From assembly GCA_963737155.1 (NCBI GenBank), contig CAVTRN010000002.1, positions 288,001-352,000 on the forward strand: a stretch of 64,000 nucleotides of DNA. Reading direction: 5' to 3'. Origin of the DNA: Nitrospirota bacterium (GTDB lineage: Bacteria > Nitrospirota > UBA9217). The position numbers and the translations under genes are program-made. The notes under the pieces are model-generated. The model was not told where the DNA came from. It searched no databases and saw only the letters and a program-made list of their open reading frames with translations. Below, piece after piece: positions 10,230 through 20,646 of the stretch. The stretch's first letter is position 1, and the number at the start of each line of letters is the position of its first letter.

Positions 10230-13200
10230 TGATAAACAGACGCCTTCCTTATATTCTATTCGCTCTTTCGCTTCTTTCCGCCTCCTGCCAGGCTCCCCGC
10301 CCAACGGACACGCTGGGAAGTCTTCGCGGAGAGCACATCGATATCAAGGAAGAGCGGATCACGGGCGGCCTCGACAAGGCCATGGAAGGGTACCAGCGTT
10401 TCCTCGAAGATACGCCGGAATCCTCCAAACTGAAGCCCGAGGCAATGCGCCGTCTGGCGGATCTTAAAATCGAGAAGGAATACGGCGTTCTTGAAGGCGG
10501 AGCGGCAGGGCTCGTGAACCGCGCATCGTTAAGCACCGCGACTCCGCCTTCCCCGGAGCATGAGTCGCAGTCCGATTTCGAGAACAGGGCGGGAGCGCTT
10601 TTGGAAGGGGAGACAGCAGCGCCGGGAAGCCTTGAACGTCGAGGCGCCCGCGAGGCCATTGCGCTCTACCAGAAACTTCTTAGCGAATATCCCCATTACG
10701 AGCACAAAGACGATGCGCTCTACCAGATGTCCCGGGCCTACGATGAACTGGGGGAGGCCGACCTCGCCATGAAAGCCATGGGCAGGATGGTGCGGGACTA
10801 TCCCGCATGCCAGTACATGGACGAGGTGCAGTTCCGGCGTGCCGAATACTTCTTCACCCGGAAGCGCTACCTGGATGCCGAGGACGCGTACCAGAGTGTT
10901 ATCCACAGGGGACCGGGTTCGTATTTTTATCAGCTCGCCCTGTACAAGCTCGGATGGACATTCTACAAGCAGGAGCTTTACGATGAAGCTCTTGGCAGCT
11001 ACGTTGCGCTTCTCGATTACAAGGTCAAGACGGGCTACGATTTCGCGCAGGCCGCCGACAAGATGGAGAAAAAACGCATCGACGATACTTTCAGGGTGAT
11101 AAGCCTCTGCTTCTCCAATTTGGGAGGGCCCAAGACCGTTGCGGAATACTTCGTAAAGCACGGTCCAAGAAGCTACGAGGACGGCATCTACAGCAATCTC
11201 GGCGAGTTTTACTTCGACAAGCGCCGGTATGCCGATGCGGCGGCAACATACAAGGCTTTTGTCGGCATGAACCTCTTCCACAGGAAAGCGCCTGCATTTG
11301 AGATGCGGGTGATCGATATCGATATCGCCGGAGGGTTCCCGAGTCTCGTCATCGATGCGAAAAAGGAGTTCTCCAGGACGTACGGGCTTGATGCCCCCTA
11401 CTGGAAACACTACAAGCCGGAAAACCGTCCGGAGGTCATGGCGTGGCTCAAGACAAACCTGACCGACCTGGCAAAGCATTACCATTCGCTGTACCAGGAC
11501 AAGGAGCAAGCAAAGGACAGGGGGACCAACTATGAGGAGGCCATGCACTGGTACAGGCAGTTCCTCGCTTCCTTCCCGAAAGACCTGGTTTCTCCGGCCG
11601 CCAATTATCTTCTGGCTGACCTCCTCATGGAGAACGGCGCATACGGCCCGGCCGCGGCGGAATACGAAAAGACATCTTACGGCTATCCCCGCCACGGCAA
11701 ATCCGCCCAGGCCGGCTACGCCGCCGTCTACGCCTACCGCCAGGAACTTGCCACTGCGGCTTCGGAGCACAAGGACGAGGTGAAGCGGAAGGCCGTTGCC
11801 TGCTCGCTCAAGTTCGCCGCAACTTATCCGGAGCATGAGAAGGCGGCTATAGTCCTCGGAGCCGCCGCGGACGATCTGTACGGGATGAAAGACTTCGAAC
11901 AGGCGCTGGCCGCCGCGAGCAAACTCGTCCTTGCCTACCCCAAGGCCGATGCCGATATCATGAGGGAAGCCTACGTCGTTATCGGCCATTCGACCTACGA
12001 GCTTCACCGCTATGCCGAAGCCGAGGCCTCCTACGGTAAGGTGCTTTCGCTCCTCCCCGCCGGAGATAAAAGCAGGGACGGGATAAGCGACAACCTCGCA
12101 GCATCCATCTACAAAGAGGGCGAGCAGGCCAGCCTTGCCAAGAATTACCGTGCCGCAGCAGACAATTTCCTGCGGGTGGGGCAGACGGTGCCCGCCTCCA
12201 AGATCAGGGTCAACGCCGAATACGACGCGGCGACCGCCCTCATTCTGCTCAAGGACTGGAAAACGGCAGCGTCCGTCCTTACCGGGTTCCGCGATAAATT
12301 CCCCAGGAGCGACCTCCTGCCCGAGGTGACCAAGAAGATCGCCTACGTTTACCGCGAAGACGAAAAGTTCGGCCTGGCGGCCGGCGAATATGAACGCATC
12401 GAGACAGAATCGAAGGACGATGTTATACGGCGCGCATCTCTAGAGACCGCGGCGGAACTCTACGACAAGGCCGGCGACCGGGACCGCGAGCTTGCCGCAT
12501 ACCGGCTTTATGTGGACCATTTCCCGCATCCCGCCGAACCCAACATGGAAACGCGTGCAAAGATCGCCGCCATGCTTAAGACAAACGACCATAGCGGGTA
12601 TCTCGCCGAGATTACGGACATGGTGGCAGTCGACGCTTCCGCCGGGTCGGAGCGCACGCCCCGTACCCGGCATCTGGCCGGCACCGCCGCACTCGTTTTG
12701 GCCGAGCAGACTTTTGGCCGGTTCACCTGTGTAAAACTGACGGAGCCGTTCAAGGAAAACCTTGAAAAAAAGAAGGCACTGATGGAGGCCTCATCGCAGG
12801 CAATGAACAAGCTCCTGGATTACGAGGACGGACTTGTGACCTCGGCCGCGACTTACTATCTGGCCGAGATTTACGCGGATTTCGGCAGGGACCTGAAGGA
12901 GTCCGAGCGTCCCAAAGACTTAAGCCCCAAGGATCGGCAGGAATACGATCAGGCGATCGACAGCCAGGCTTCCCCGTTCATGGAGAAGGCCATAGAGACG
13001 CACAAGAGCAATCTCGATCTCATTTCGCGCAGTATTTACAACGAGTGGATCGAAAAGAGCCTGGAAAGGCTGGCCGTGCTCGTTCCCGACCGCTACAACA
13101 AGACGGAAGAGGAGAGCGACGTCATCACTTCGCCGGACACCAACCTCTATGCCGTCAAACGCCAGGATGAGCCCGGGGCCCTGACAGAAAAAGTAACAGC

Positions 13201-13288
13201 ACCGCAAAGTGAACAAAAACTCCTCTCTTCGCCGTCCGGGACGGTCGTACCGGCACGTACGGCGACGAAGGAACAGGAACCAAAATAA
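10226..13288 (+). CDS. Large TPR lipoprotein (GltD/AgmU-like)
   Basis: Lipobox-like LLSASC; many TPRs (ALYQMSRAY, VQFRRAEYFF, ALYKLGWTFY). Confidence 0.75.
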   Translation: MMINRRLPYILFALSLLSASCQAPRPTDTLGSLRGEHIDIKEERITGGLDKAMEGYQRFLEDTPESSKLKPEAMRRLADLKIEKEYGVLEGGAAGLVNRASLSTATPPSPEHESQSDFENRAGALLEGETAAPGSLERRGAREAIALYQKLLSEYPHYEHKDDALYQMSRAYDELGEADLAMKAMGRMVRDYPACQYMDEVQFRRAEYFFTRKRYLDAEDAYQSVIHRGPGSYFYQLALYKLGWTFYKQELYDEALGSYVALLDYKVKTGYDFAQAADKMEKKRIDDTFRVISLCFSNLGGPKTVAEYFVKHGPRSYEDGIYSNLGEFYFDKRRYADAAATYKAFVGMNLFHRKAPAFEMRVIDIDIAGGFPSLVIDAKKEFSRTYGLDAPYWKHYKPENRPEVMAWLKTNLTDLAKHYHSLYQDKEQAKDRGTNYEEAMHWYRQFLASFPKDLVSPAANYLLADLLMENGAYGPAAAEYEKTSYGYPRHGKSAQAGYAAVYAYRQELATAASEHKDEVKRKAVACSLKFAATYPEHEKAAIVLGAAADDLYGMKDFEQALAAASKLVLAYPKADADIMREAYVVIGHSTYELHRYAEAEASYGKVLSLLPAGDKSRDGISDNLAASIYKEGEQASLAKNYRAAADNFLRVGQTVPASKIRVNAEYDAATALILLKDWKTAASVLTGFRDKFPRSDLLPEVTKKIAYVYREDEKFGLAAGEYERIETESKDDVIRRASLETAAELYDKAGDRDRELAAYRLYVDHFPHPAEPNMETRAKIAAMLKTNDHSGYLAEITDMVAVDASAGSERTPRTRHLAGTAALVLAEQTFGRFTCVKLTEPFKENLEKKKALMEASSQAMNKLLDYEDGLVTSAATYYLAEIYADFGRDLKESERPKDLSPKDRQEYDQAIDSQASPFMEKAIETHKSNLDLISRSIYNEWIEKSLERLAVLVPDRYNKTEEESDVITSPDTNLYAVKRQDEPGALTEKVTAPQSEQKLLSSPSGTVVPARTATKEQEPK

Positions 13289-13316
13289 GAAGAAGGCTTG
13301 CGGCATGGAGAAGACA

Positions 13317-14003
13317 ATGAAGGACAGAAAGGGATTTCTTTTAACAGTGTCCGGATGTAAGTGCATAGCCGCAGTATTGTTCCTTGCCGCCCTGGCCATT
13401 GCTCTCTCCGGCTGCGCCACCGGAGCAAAGGGCCTGCCGAAACCCGCCCTGACCGTAGCATTTACGGGGCCGTCCGTGGAAAGGCTCGCGGACGGACAGC
13501 AGGGGTTCGTGATCCATGACAAGCCCATCACGGATGCCCGGGCCCGCGAGGAATTTGACCGCGCCGTCAAACTCCTCTCCGACGGGAACAACGGCGGGGC
13601 CATCGAGCTTCTTTCCAAGGTGATCGAGCAGACGCCCCTGGTCACGGCTCCCCATATCGACATCGCTGTGGCCTACATGCGGTCCGGTGAGACCGTGACG
13701 GCCGAGGCCCACCTGAAGACGGCGCTCGGCCTTATCCCCGGCCATCCGGTTGCCAGCAATGAATACGGGCTTCTTCTCCGGAGGGCAGGCCGTTTTAAGG
13801 AAGCCAGGGAAGTCTACCAGAAGGAGACTGCGCTCTTCCCGGAATACCTGCCGGTCCACAAGAATCTCGGCATCCTTCTGGACCTGTATATGAATGACCC
13901 GGAAGGCGCCCTTCGTGAGTTCAATACCTACATCGCCGGCGAACCTTCGGACACAAAGGTAAAAACCTGGATTGCCGAACTGAAGACACGGCTCAAACGT
14001 TAG
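13317..14003 (+). CDS. TPR lipoprotein (GltE/AglT-like)
   Basis: Lipobox LSGC, TPRs, 'NLGILLDLY' motif; GGAG RBS before ATG 13317. Confidence 0.75.
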   Translation: MKDRKGFLLTVSGCKCIAAVLFLAALAIALSGCATGAKGLPKPALTVAFTGPSVERLADGQQGFVIHDKPITDARAREEFDRAVKLLSDGNNGGAIELLSKVIEQTPLVTAPHIDIAVAYMRSGETVTAEAHLKTALGLIPGHPVASNEYGLLLRRAGRFKEAREVYQKETALFPEYLPVHKNLGILLDLYMNDPEGALREFNTYIAGEPSDTKVKTWIAELKTRLKR

Positions 14004-14022
14004 GTGATAGGGAGGAGAAAAC

Positions 14023-14352
14023 ATGTTTCGGAAAGCACTTCTTTGGTTTTTCCTGTATCTTTGTTTGGCGGGAATTGCCGTCGCCGGAGACAATGAACCG
14101 GCGGCCAAGCGTACATTAACATTGGCACAGGAGAAAAATGATGCGAAGACGGGTGAAGCCAAGAAGCTTTCCGGAATGTCCATCGTTGGAAACGACGAGG
14201 CCCCCAAAGCTCTTTACATCGTGCCCTGGAAAAGCTCCGAGATGGGTGAAGGGGCCGGTTTTAATATGGTGCTCGATGCTTCGGACACGCCCGTGGACCG
14301 CGATGTGTTCAAGCGCCAACTGGAGTTCTACGAACAGAGCACCAAAAAATGA
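14023..14352 (+). CDS. Small secreted protein (GltF-like)
   Basis: RBS GGAGG, signal peptide, 'IVGNDEAPKALYIVPWK' motif; directly upstream of exbB. Confidence 0.65.
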   Translation: MFRKALLWFFLYLCLAGIAVAGDNEPAAKRTLTLAQEKNDAKTGEAKKLSGMSIVGNDEAPKALYIVPWKSSEMGEGAGFNMVLDASDTPVDRDVFKRQLEFYEQSTKK

Positions 14353-14389
14353 CATCGCTGTCAGAACAGCTAAAAAAGGAGGAAACACA

Positions 14390-15088
14390 ATGTTTATCGT
14401 ACGGTTTTTTCAGAAGGGCGGTTTGTTCATGTTCCCCATTTTGTTCGTGCTCCTGATCGGCCTGGTCATCGCGATCGAGCGCTGGATCCACCTGAAGCGC
14501 GTCCGGGAGGAGAACAAAAAAACGTGGGACAAAATCTGTCCCGCGCTGGATAAGGGTGAGTTCGACAAGGCCCGGGAAATCGCCAGCAAAGACACGTCAT
14601 CCATGGCGCAGATGCTCTCCATGGGACTGGCCAGGCAGGGCGCGGTCAGGCGCCGCGAGGACATCGAGATCGCCATGGAGGAAAGCATGATGGAGATTGT
14701 CCCCCAGCTGGAGAAGCGCACGCCATATCTTGCGCTCTTTTCCAACATCGCCACCCTGTTCGGGCTTTTGGGCACGATCATGGGTCTCATTATGGCTTTT
14801 GCCGCTGTGGCCACCGCAAGCCCGGCGGAGAAGGCGGCACTCCTTGCCGCCAGCATTTCCGAAGCAATGAACTGCACCGCCTTCGGCCTGATGTCCGCGA
14901 TCCCGCTCCTTTTGCTCCATGCGAAGCTCCAGACGAACACGGGCCAGATCATAAACGGCCTTGAGATGGCGGCGGTCAAGTCATTGAACGCCATTTCCAG
15001 CTTCACCAAGCGCCAGTTCGAAAGGACCCAGGCGTTACCGGGCGACACTATGACAGGAGCCGACCATGTTCAAGCGATATCGAAATAA
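14390..15088 (+). CDS. MotA/TolQ/ExbB proton channel (AglR-like)
   Basis: RBS AGGAGG; 'ATLFGLLGTIMGLI' and 'ISEAMNCTAFGL' signature helices. Confidence 0.9.
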   Translation: MFIVRFFQKGGLFMFPILFVLLIGLVIAIERWIHLKRVREENKKTWDKICPALDKGEFDKAREIASKDTSSMAQMLSMGLARQGAVRRREDIEIAMEESMMEIVPQLEKRTPYLALFSNIATLFGLLGTIMGLIMAFAAVATASPAEKAALLAASISEAMNCTAFGLMSAIPLLLLHAKLQTNTGQIINGLEMAAVKSLNAISSFTKRQFERTQALPGDTMTGADHVQAISK

Positions 15089-15581
15089 GAGGAACGCGAA
15101 GAAACCATCGGATTTCGATACCGACATCATGCACCTCATCAACCTGACGCCGATGATGGACATCCTTACAGTCTTGGTGGTCTTTCTGCTCATCACCGCC
15201 GTCTTTATCAGCATAACGATCGAGGAGCTTGCCGTACCGACTGCAGCCGGCGCGGAGACGCACAGCATGCCGAATTTCGCCATCGAGGTGATTGTCCGCA
15301 GGGCGGGACTCGAGATTGCCAATGGTTCGGTGGTTTCGGACAGGATACCCAAAAAGGACGACCAGTATGATATCGGGGCGCTTACGAAGACGCTCATTCG
15401 CCTTAAGGCCCAGTACCCGGATAAAGAGGATGTTTCGGTCCTGATGGAACCGGACATCAAGTACGACCACCTCATCGAGATCATGGATGCGGTACGAAGC
15501 ACCAACGCGGTGCCTGAAGGCGGCGGAGAGGCCAGAAAAATCGAACTCTTCCCGAAGATATCCATAGGAGACGCGCCATGA
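15066..15581 (+). CDS. ExbD/TolR family protein (AglQ-like)
   Basis: 'INLTPMMDILTVLVVFLL' TM motif with conserved Asp; 'Y..LIEIMDAVR'. Confidence 0.9.
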   Translation: MFKRYRNKRNAKKPSDFDTDIMHLINLTPMMDILTVLVVFLLITAVFISITIEELAVPTAAGAETHSMPNFAIEVIVRRAGLEIANGSVVSDRIPKKDDQYDIGALTKTLIRLKAQYPDKEDVSVLMEPDIKYDHLIEIMDAVRSTNAVPEGGGEARKIELFPKISIGDAP

Positions 15582-16060
15582 GGGCCACAAGACGCATGAA
15601 ACGGATGGAGCGGAACAACACACGGGGGGTGATCAAGGGGCTCGGCATAAACCTTATCCCGATGATGGACGTTCTCACCGTCCTGGTGTTCTTTCTTCTT
15701 TTTCACTCGTTCAACAGCACCCTGCCGGACGCGCAGATCGCGCTTCCCGATTCCGCTGTCCCGACCAGGCCACGGGAAACGGTTGCGATTGTGGTAAGTC
15801 CCGAATCGGTTATGGTCCAGGGTGAATCCGTGGTCAGCACTCCCAAGCTCCTTGATGACGGGGTCGTGATGGTCAACGAACTACGGGACCGGCTTTTGCA
15901 GATCGGGAACGGTGCAAAGGCTGCCGCCGAAACCATGGAGGTCACGCTTCTCGCCGATAAGACGATACCGTTCAAGGTGCTGAAGAAAATAATGTCAACC
16001 TGCACGGCCTGCGGATACGGAAGGATATCCCTTGCCGTGGCGGAGAAGGCGGAAAAATGA
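15578..16060 (+). CDS. ExbD/TolR family protein (AglS-like)
   Basis: 'INLIPMMDVLTVLVFFLL', 'ADKTIPFKVLKKIMSTC'. Confidence 0.9.
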   Translation: MRATRRMKRMERNNTRGVIKGLGINLIPMMDVLTVLVFFLLFHSFNSTLPDAQIALPDSAVPTRPRETVAIVVSPESVMVQGESVVSTPKLLDDGVVMVNELRDRLLQIGNGAKAAAETMEVTLLADKTIPFKVLKKIMSTCTACGYGRISLAVAEKAEK

Positions 16061-17445
16061 CGACGGCCATTTTAGAAGAGGAACTATCCCAGCTTGACGT
16101 CCAGACCCAAAACGCCCTGAAACGGCTAACCGCCCTGGAAGAGGATCTTCGGGCCGTGGACGCAGAGCTGGGAACATTCGCCACCGACCGGCAGCGCTTT
16201 GACGCGCTTAAAGACGTCTTAAGTTCCCTCGACAAGCTTGGAGAGCTCAAGGCGGGCGAGCTCTTTTGGGCAGGACTCGCCGAACAGCAAAATGCCGAAG
16301 TACACCTCAAGCGCGCGAGGAACCGGGTCGCGTTTTTCGAAGGCGATATCAGCGGAATCCTTGAGAAGAAGGCGACCCTTCAGGGAGAGATAAACCGGAG
16401 TCTTGACGAACTGGCCTATCTCCAGGAGGTAGTGCGCGAGGCGTATGAGCGCGACGAACGGCGCGAGGAGGAATATTTCGTCGACCGCGAGATTTCGCCC
16501 GTTCCCAATCACACGATGGCGCTGCCGGGGGACGATCGTTCCGAGAGCGAACGGCGGTACCGCAGGTCACTCCTTGTCGCGTTGCTGTTCTATATCCTGT
16601 TCGGAGCCGTCATACGTCTCTGGGTGCTGCCGCCACCGGAACAGCCCACCATTACGAAGGTCCCCGAACGCCTTGTCTCCATGCTCCGGAAGGAGCCGCC
16701 CAAGCCCGAGCCGCAGCCCCCGCGCCGCAACGAGGAAAAGAAGCCCGAAACAAACAGGCAAAGGGTGCCGGAGAAACGGCAGGAAGAAAAACCCAAGGCC
16801 ATGGTTTCGGAAACACAGACCGTACAGAGTAACGTGGAGCATACGGGGGTCCTTGCCTTCAAGGAGTCCTTGAAGGGTCTCTTGGACGAAGCCCCCGCTG
16901 CCCGTCTCGGAACCGAGGCGCGTCTGAATAACCAGGCGGCCGTGTCCGCAGGCCAGGCCCGTCCAAGCCGGTCTCTCGTTGCCCTGCAGTCGGCGGGCGG
17001 TTATAGCGGCGGCATCAGCAGCTCCGGGATCAGCCGCTCGATAGGCAGCGGAAACGGACGGCGTATCGGCGCAGTCGGGTTCACCCGGGTGGAAAACACG
17101 ATTGCCGGGGTGGCGGGAGATGCGAGGCCGGTTTCATCCGGGCCCGGGCCGGGCCGTACCGATGAAGAGATCCAGATTGTTTTCGACCGGTACAAGGCGT
17201 CACTCTACCGGCTCTACAATGCACAGCTCAGGAAGGATCCAACGCTTCGGGGCAATATCATCTTGCGCATCATCATCGAGCCGGGCGGTGAGGTTTCTTC
17301 CTGCACGGTGCAGTCGAATAACCTTGCTTCGGAAGTGCTTGTTTCACAGGTTGTCGAACGGGTCAAGAAGTTCAACTTTGGGCCGAAAGAGAAGGTATCG
17401 AGACTTATCATTCTGTACCCGATTGATTTCCTGCCTGCAGTGTAG
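16057..17445 (+). CDS. TonB-like protein with AgmX/PglI (GltG-type) C-terminal domain and N-terminal coiled coil
   Basis: Coiled coil, single TM, Pro/Lys/Glu linker, C-terminal 'RTDEEIQIVFDR..LY...LRKDPTLRG...I.PGG.V....FNFG....YPIDFLP'. Confidence 0.85.
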   Translation: MTTAILEEELSQLDVQTQNALKRLTALEEDLRAVDAELGTFATDRQRFDALKDVLSSLDKLGELKAGELFWAGLAEQQNAEVHLKRARNRVAFFEGDISGILEKKATLQGEINRSLDELAYLQEVVREAYERDERREEEYFVDREISPVPNHTMALPGDDRSESERRYRRSLLVALLFYILFGAVIRLWVLPPPEQPTITKVPERLVSMLRKEPPKPEPQPPRRNEEKKPETNRQRVPEKRQEEKPKAMVSETQTVQSNVEHTGVLAFKESLKGLLDEAPAARLGTEARLNNQAAVSAGQARPSRSLVALQSAGGYSGGISSSGISRSIGSGNGRRIGAVGFTRVENTIAGVAGDARPVSSGPGPGRTDEEIQIVFDRYKASLYRLYNAQLRKDPTLRGNIILRIIIEPGGEVSSCTVQSNNLASEVLVSQVVERVKKFNFGPKEKVSRLIILYPIDFLPAV

Positions 17446-17794
17446 CTTTGCAAGCGGGGGACGGCAAACCGGGTTCCTGGTACGGAAGAGGACTCTTGAC
17501 CGCAGATGAAGGCGTGGGTAAATAGGTGCAAAGTGCGATCAAAAATAACAGTGATAATTTGCAATGTGAAGTCCTCCCCGTCTCGATGACACTAATCCGA
17601 AACGCTTTGTAAAAGGGATCGAGATACTCATGAATCACGTTGAGAAGACATTAAACACGCCGCTACATGAAAGAGGAAAGACAGCATTTTGACCACCAGA
17701 ATAAATCAAAGATTCATGATGCGAAGTTTAATGAGTATACGTCTGTAGCTTAGGAGAAAAATTTTTCAGGTTTAAACAGAGCTTTTCTGGGCAA

Positions 17795-17879
17795 GTTGGG
17801 TTCGAGATCCGAAAGTCGTCGGTTCAAATCGGCCGCCGCCAAATTGTCAAGGGGTTACAGCATTAGCTGTAACCCCTTT
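17795..17879 (+). pseudogene. Degenerate tRNA-fMet 3' half plus hairpin (att-like scar 1)
   Basis: GTTGGGTTCGAGATCCGAAAGTCGTCGGTTCAAATCGGCCGCCGCCA resembles tRNA-fMet anticodon-to-3' end; followed by AAGGGGTTACAGC-ATTA-GCTGTAACCCCTT. Confidence 0.7.
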
Positions 17880-17951
17880 GTCGCCTTGTTGGGCCGCTTG
17901 CGGGCCAGTCTTCACAATAATGTTTTCGCAATCGAAAAATGAGAGGTGGCA

Positions 17952-18110
17952 ATGGACCAAAACGACAAACCGGTAGTCTCATTGTCGAAGGGAAAGAGGG
18001 AAGAAGTATTCAATAATGTCTTCGCAAAGGAGGAAGGGATCATTATCGAGTTCGATACGCCCGCAAACAACGGAAAAATTCGCGCACTTCGACGTGTGCC
18101 GGCTGTTTAA
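17952..18110 (+). CDS. Small hypothetical protein (52 aa)
   Basis: RBS GAGGTGG, ATG..TAA open frame MDQNDKPVV...RVPAV. Confidence 0.4.
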   Translation: MDQNDKPVVSLSKGKREEVFNNVFAKEEGIIIEFDTPANNGKIRALRRVPAV

Positions 18111-18279
18111 AACCGTATACTTCTATTTTTTGGCTTGACAGTTTGCTGCTACGATTCTTTCTGAAATGTTCATTTTATGATATAGTCGTATCATGATGAC
18201 TCCTTCCTGTTGATTGAGTGGATGGCATTGAGATATAGAAGTTTAATGCAAAAATCATTAAAATATGGAGGAGATCCAA

Positions 18280-18420
18280 ATGCCCAATTTTGAATATACA
18301 TACAAAAACTGTAGCAAAGAGTTTTCTATTTACCTCTCTCTTACGGGATGGAACAGTAAGGTGGTGCTTGCAAATAAATGGATCAACGGACAATCGAGAA
18401 CAACCGTCAAAAAATAGCGA
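18280..18420 (+). pseudogene. FmdB-family zinc-ribbon remnant
   Basis: RBS GGAGGAG then MPNFEYTYKNCSKEFS (MPxYEYxCxxC type, first Cys lost). Confidence 0.45.
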
Positions 18421-18428
18421 GGTAACAA

Positions 18429-18617
18429 ATGGTAGATAAAACAACAACGATTCCGTGTCCGCAATGCAGCGGTAAAGGCTCCATACAGTGTTCTGTCTGC
18501 CGGGGGCAGGGAAGGCAGCCCAGTTCAAATGCCGCGCAGCGACCCTGTCCAAATTGTCATGGAACGGGAAAAAGCATCTGTCCTCGGTGTCGGGGCGCCA
18601 GAAAAATAACTGAATAA
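18429..18617 (+). CDS. Small DnaJ-type zinc-finger protein
   Basis: Four CxxCxG repeats in 62 aa; RBS GAGGT. Confidence 0.75.
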   Translation: MVDKTTTIPCPQCSGKGSIQCSVCRGQGRQPSSNAAQRPCPNCHGTGKSICPRCRGARKITE

Positions 18618-18826
18618 AGATAAACATTACGTAGCGGTTTATCAAGTTCGGATGAGCTGGAAGATGCTCCTCACAACTAAAGCGCAAGATGCAATACGCG
18701 ACCTGTGGGGCTCCCAGCTGTTAAGACCGATGGTTGTGTTATATGGACAAATCACTGTGACTGAGGAACGAACCGATTAGGTATGGTCCTCTACGGGCTA
18801 TTGTAACAAAAGAGTATCGAAAGAGA

Positions 18827-18900
18827 TCGTCGGGTTTATAACCCAAAACGAGAGGTTCAAATCATCTCCCCGCTATCAAAAATTCAAGGGGTTACAGCGT
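18827..18900 (+). pseudogene. Degenerate tRNA-fMet 3' half (att-like scar 2)
   Basis: TCGTCGGGTTTATAACCCAAAACGAGAGGTTCAAATCATCTCCCCGCTATCA then AATTCAAGGGGTTACAGC (hairpin truncated). Confidence 0.7.
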
Positions 18901-19153
18901 ACGCAGTCAGGAACCGAAGCGGGGTGAGAACGTGCGGGGTAGTGTAGTGTCACCTCCTCGAACTAGGCTGTGCATATGATAGTCCTTCGTTCCCCGAAAG
19001 TTACCTGCCTTCCTCTCCTACTATAATATTACTTTCAGGAAGCTCGCTGGAGTGATTATAGAATATGATATAATCAAATCAATACAGTACGTAGAACGAA
19101 AAAATGGCGGCTAAAATATTGTTTCTCAATTATGGACAAAGAGGAGGTGTGTC

Positions 19154-19564
19154 GTGAGAGAAATCAAATGTGCAAGTCTTGGATATACATGCAAGTGGAA
19201 GCATATTGCCAATACCGAGGAATTACTCGCCGATATCACGGCAATCCATCTGCGTGATATTCACGGGGTGAAGGAAATCAGCCCGGGCATGCTGGGAAAG
19301 ATAAAAAACGCCTTTTCGCCCCCAACTGAAGTAGAAGCCGCAGAACTTGATGATATTAAAACGAAGGTATATAACTGCGATATCGGTCCGAATTGCTCCT
19401 GGCGGTATATAGCTATGACAGAGGAGCTTATTGTAGACGGCGCGGCAGTACATGCCAGGGAAGCTCACGGCATCAAGGAGTTTTCTCCCGCAATGATAGC
19501 CAAGGTTAAAAATGCTGCTCACGAATGGTCTTCGGATAGCGATAAAAAAAGGAAGGTAGCGTAA
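19154..19564 (+). CDS. Tandem DUF1059 (small metal-binding) protein
   Basis: Two repeats of C..G..C.W...A.TEEL......H....HG.KE.SP; RBS GAGGAGG. Confidence 0.8.
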   Translation: MREIKCASLGYTCKWKHIANTEELLADITAIHLRDIHGVKEISPGMLGKIKNAFSPPTEVEAAELDDIKTKVYNCDIGPNCSWRYIAMTEELIVDGAAVHAREAHGIKEFSPAMIAKVKNAAHEWSSDSDKKRKVA

Positions 19565-19665
19565 GGAGGTCGCAACGAGACAGGAGATAATAGGTTACAG
19601 ACAAAAGCATTAGATGAATGAGGTTGAGGCTATGCGGTGATTATCGATAGCAGGAGGTAATTCCT

Positions 19666-19830
19666 ATGCCAGAGATACTAAGAAAAGTTAAATGACCTAA
19701 ATGTGGCTTTGTGGTGCAAAGCCATGATGAAAAGGAAATCGCAGAGATTATTATGCATCATGCTAAGAAATCGCACAATACAGATATAACTGAAATAGAG
19801 GTTAGAGAGAATATGAAAGATGTCGCGTAA
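19666..19830 (+). pseudogene. DUF1059 pseudogene, paralog of 35894-36058
   Basis: Shares CCTAAATGTGGCTTT and AAGCCATGATGAAAAGGAAATCG with 35894 gene; early stop/frameshift. Confidence 0.7.
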
Positions 19831-19904
19831 ACCACATGACAACTGAGACATGCCGTCTGAAGGGACGTGGTGATTCCATGCCCCTTTTTCATGAACGGGT
19901 CGTC

Positions 19905-19995
19905 TTTTTCCGCTAATTTCATCCTCAGCCTTCTTGGTGATGGATGCCGTTTCCGCCATCTTTACTACAAACTGTGCTTTTGTCATTACCATTGC
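19905..19995 (-). pseudogene. HU N-terminal fragment
   Basis: MVMTKAQFVVKMAETASITKKAEDEI aligns with HU at 36444; upstream promoter region also similar. Confidence 0.7.
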
Positions 19996-20128
19996 GATGA
20001 ATGCACTTCCTGTGATTGAAATCGTGTTGCAATGCACGCAAATGTAGACTATTGGAAGAATTATGACAAGGATTTTCAAGCAAGTAGCGGTTGGAGCATG
20101 TTTGAAGAAAACAGCTGCGCTACGAGGA

Positions 20129-20494
20129 CTACGGAGTCATTAGCACTAACTGATGCAAAAGAGATAAATTCTGAGCCAAATCGACTTTGTATAGGAACTT
20201 ATTGGCACCTGCTTCGGCAAAAGCCTGACCCTTGTACTCACTACTAAAGCCCATGATGTATACATCAGGACGGTTATACCGTATCAATCTACACACACTA
20301 TCTCCCTTTAATCCTGGCATATTATAGTCAATGAGAATCATGTCAAAGTCGTGCTCTTTTGAAAGGTTAACGGCATCTACACCGTTATCGCAACACGATA
20401 CCGTATGCCCATATTCTTCCAGTAATAGTTGAATAACGCTGGCGAGCATTTTGTCATCATCTACAATGAGGATTGATTTTTTGTTTTGCACCAT
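20129..20494 (-). CDS. Single-domain response regulator
   Basis: ILIVDDD, DYNMPG phospho-Asp, 'GANKFLYK'. Confidence 0.85.
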   Translation of the reverse strand: MVQNKKSILIVDDDKMLASVIQLLLEEYGHTVSCCDNGVDAVNLSKEHDFDMILIDYNMPGLKGDSVCRLIRYNRPDVYIMGFSSEYKGQAFAEAGANKFLYKVDLAQNLSLLHQLVLMTP

Positions 20495-20646
20495 GCCCTC
20501 CCCTGCATGTTCATTCTACTAGAGTAAGACACTACTGCCCTCAAATAGGTTGAATCGTGTGAGAAATCACAGCGTCAGCAGTAACAGAATGATAGGAAGA
20601 AATTCAAGGCGACAGATATGGCCTTTTATCGCTATATGTTTCTCGA

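Noticed and set aside
17460-17520. c-di-GMP-I riboswitch (GGCAAACC...ACGGAA)
   Set aside because: No GNRA loop, no recognisable second stem, no downstream gene.
673-17564. Long alternative-frame and antisense ORFs (e.g. 3788-4987, 10529-12007, 13341-14207)
   Set aside because: Shadow ORFs of GC-rich coding sequence, with no motifs or RBS.
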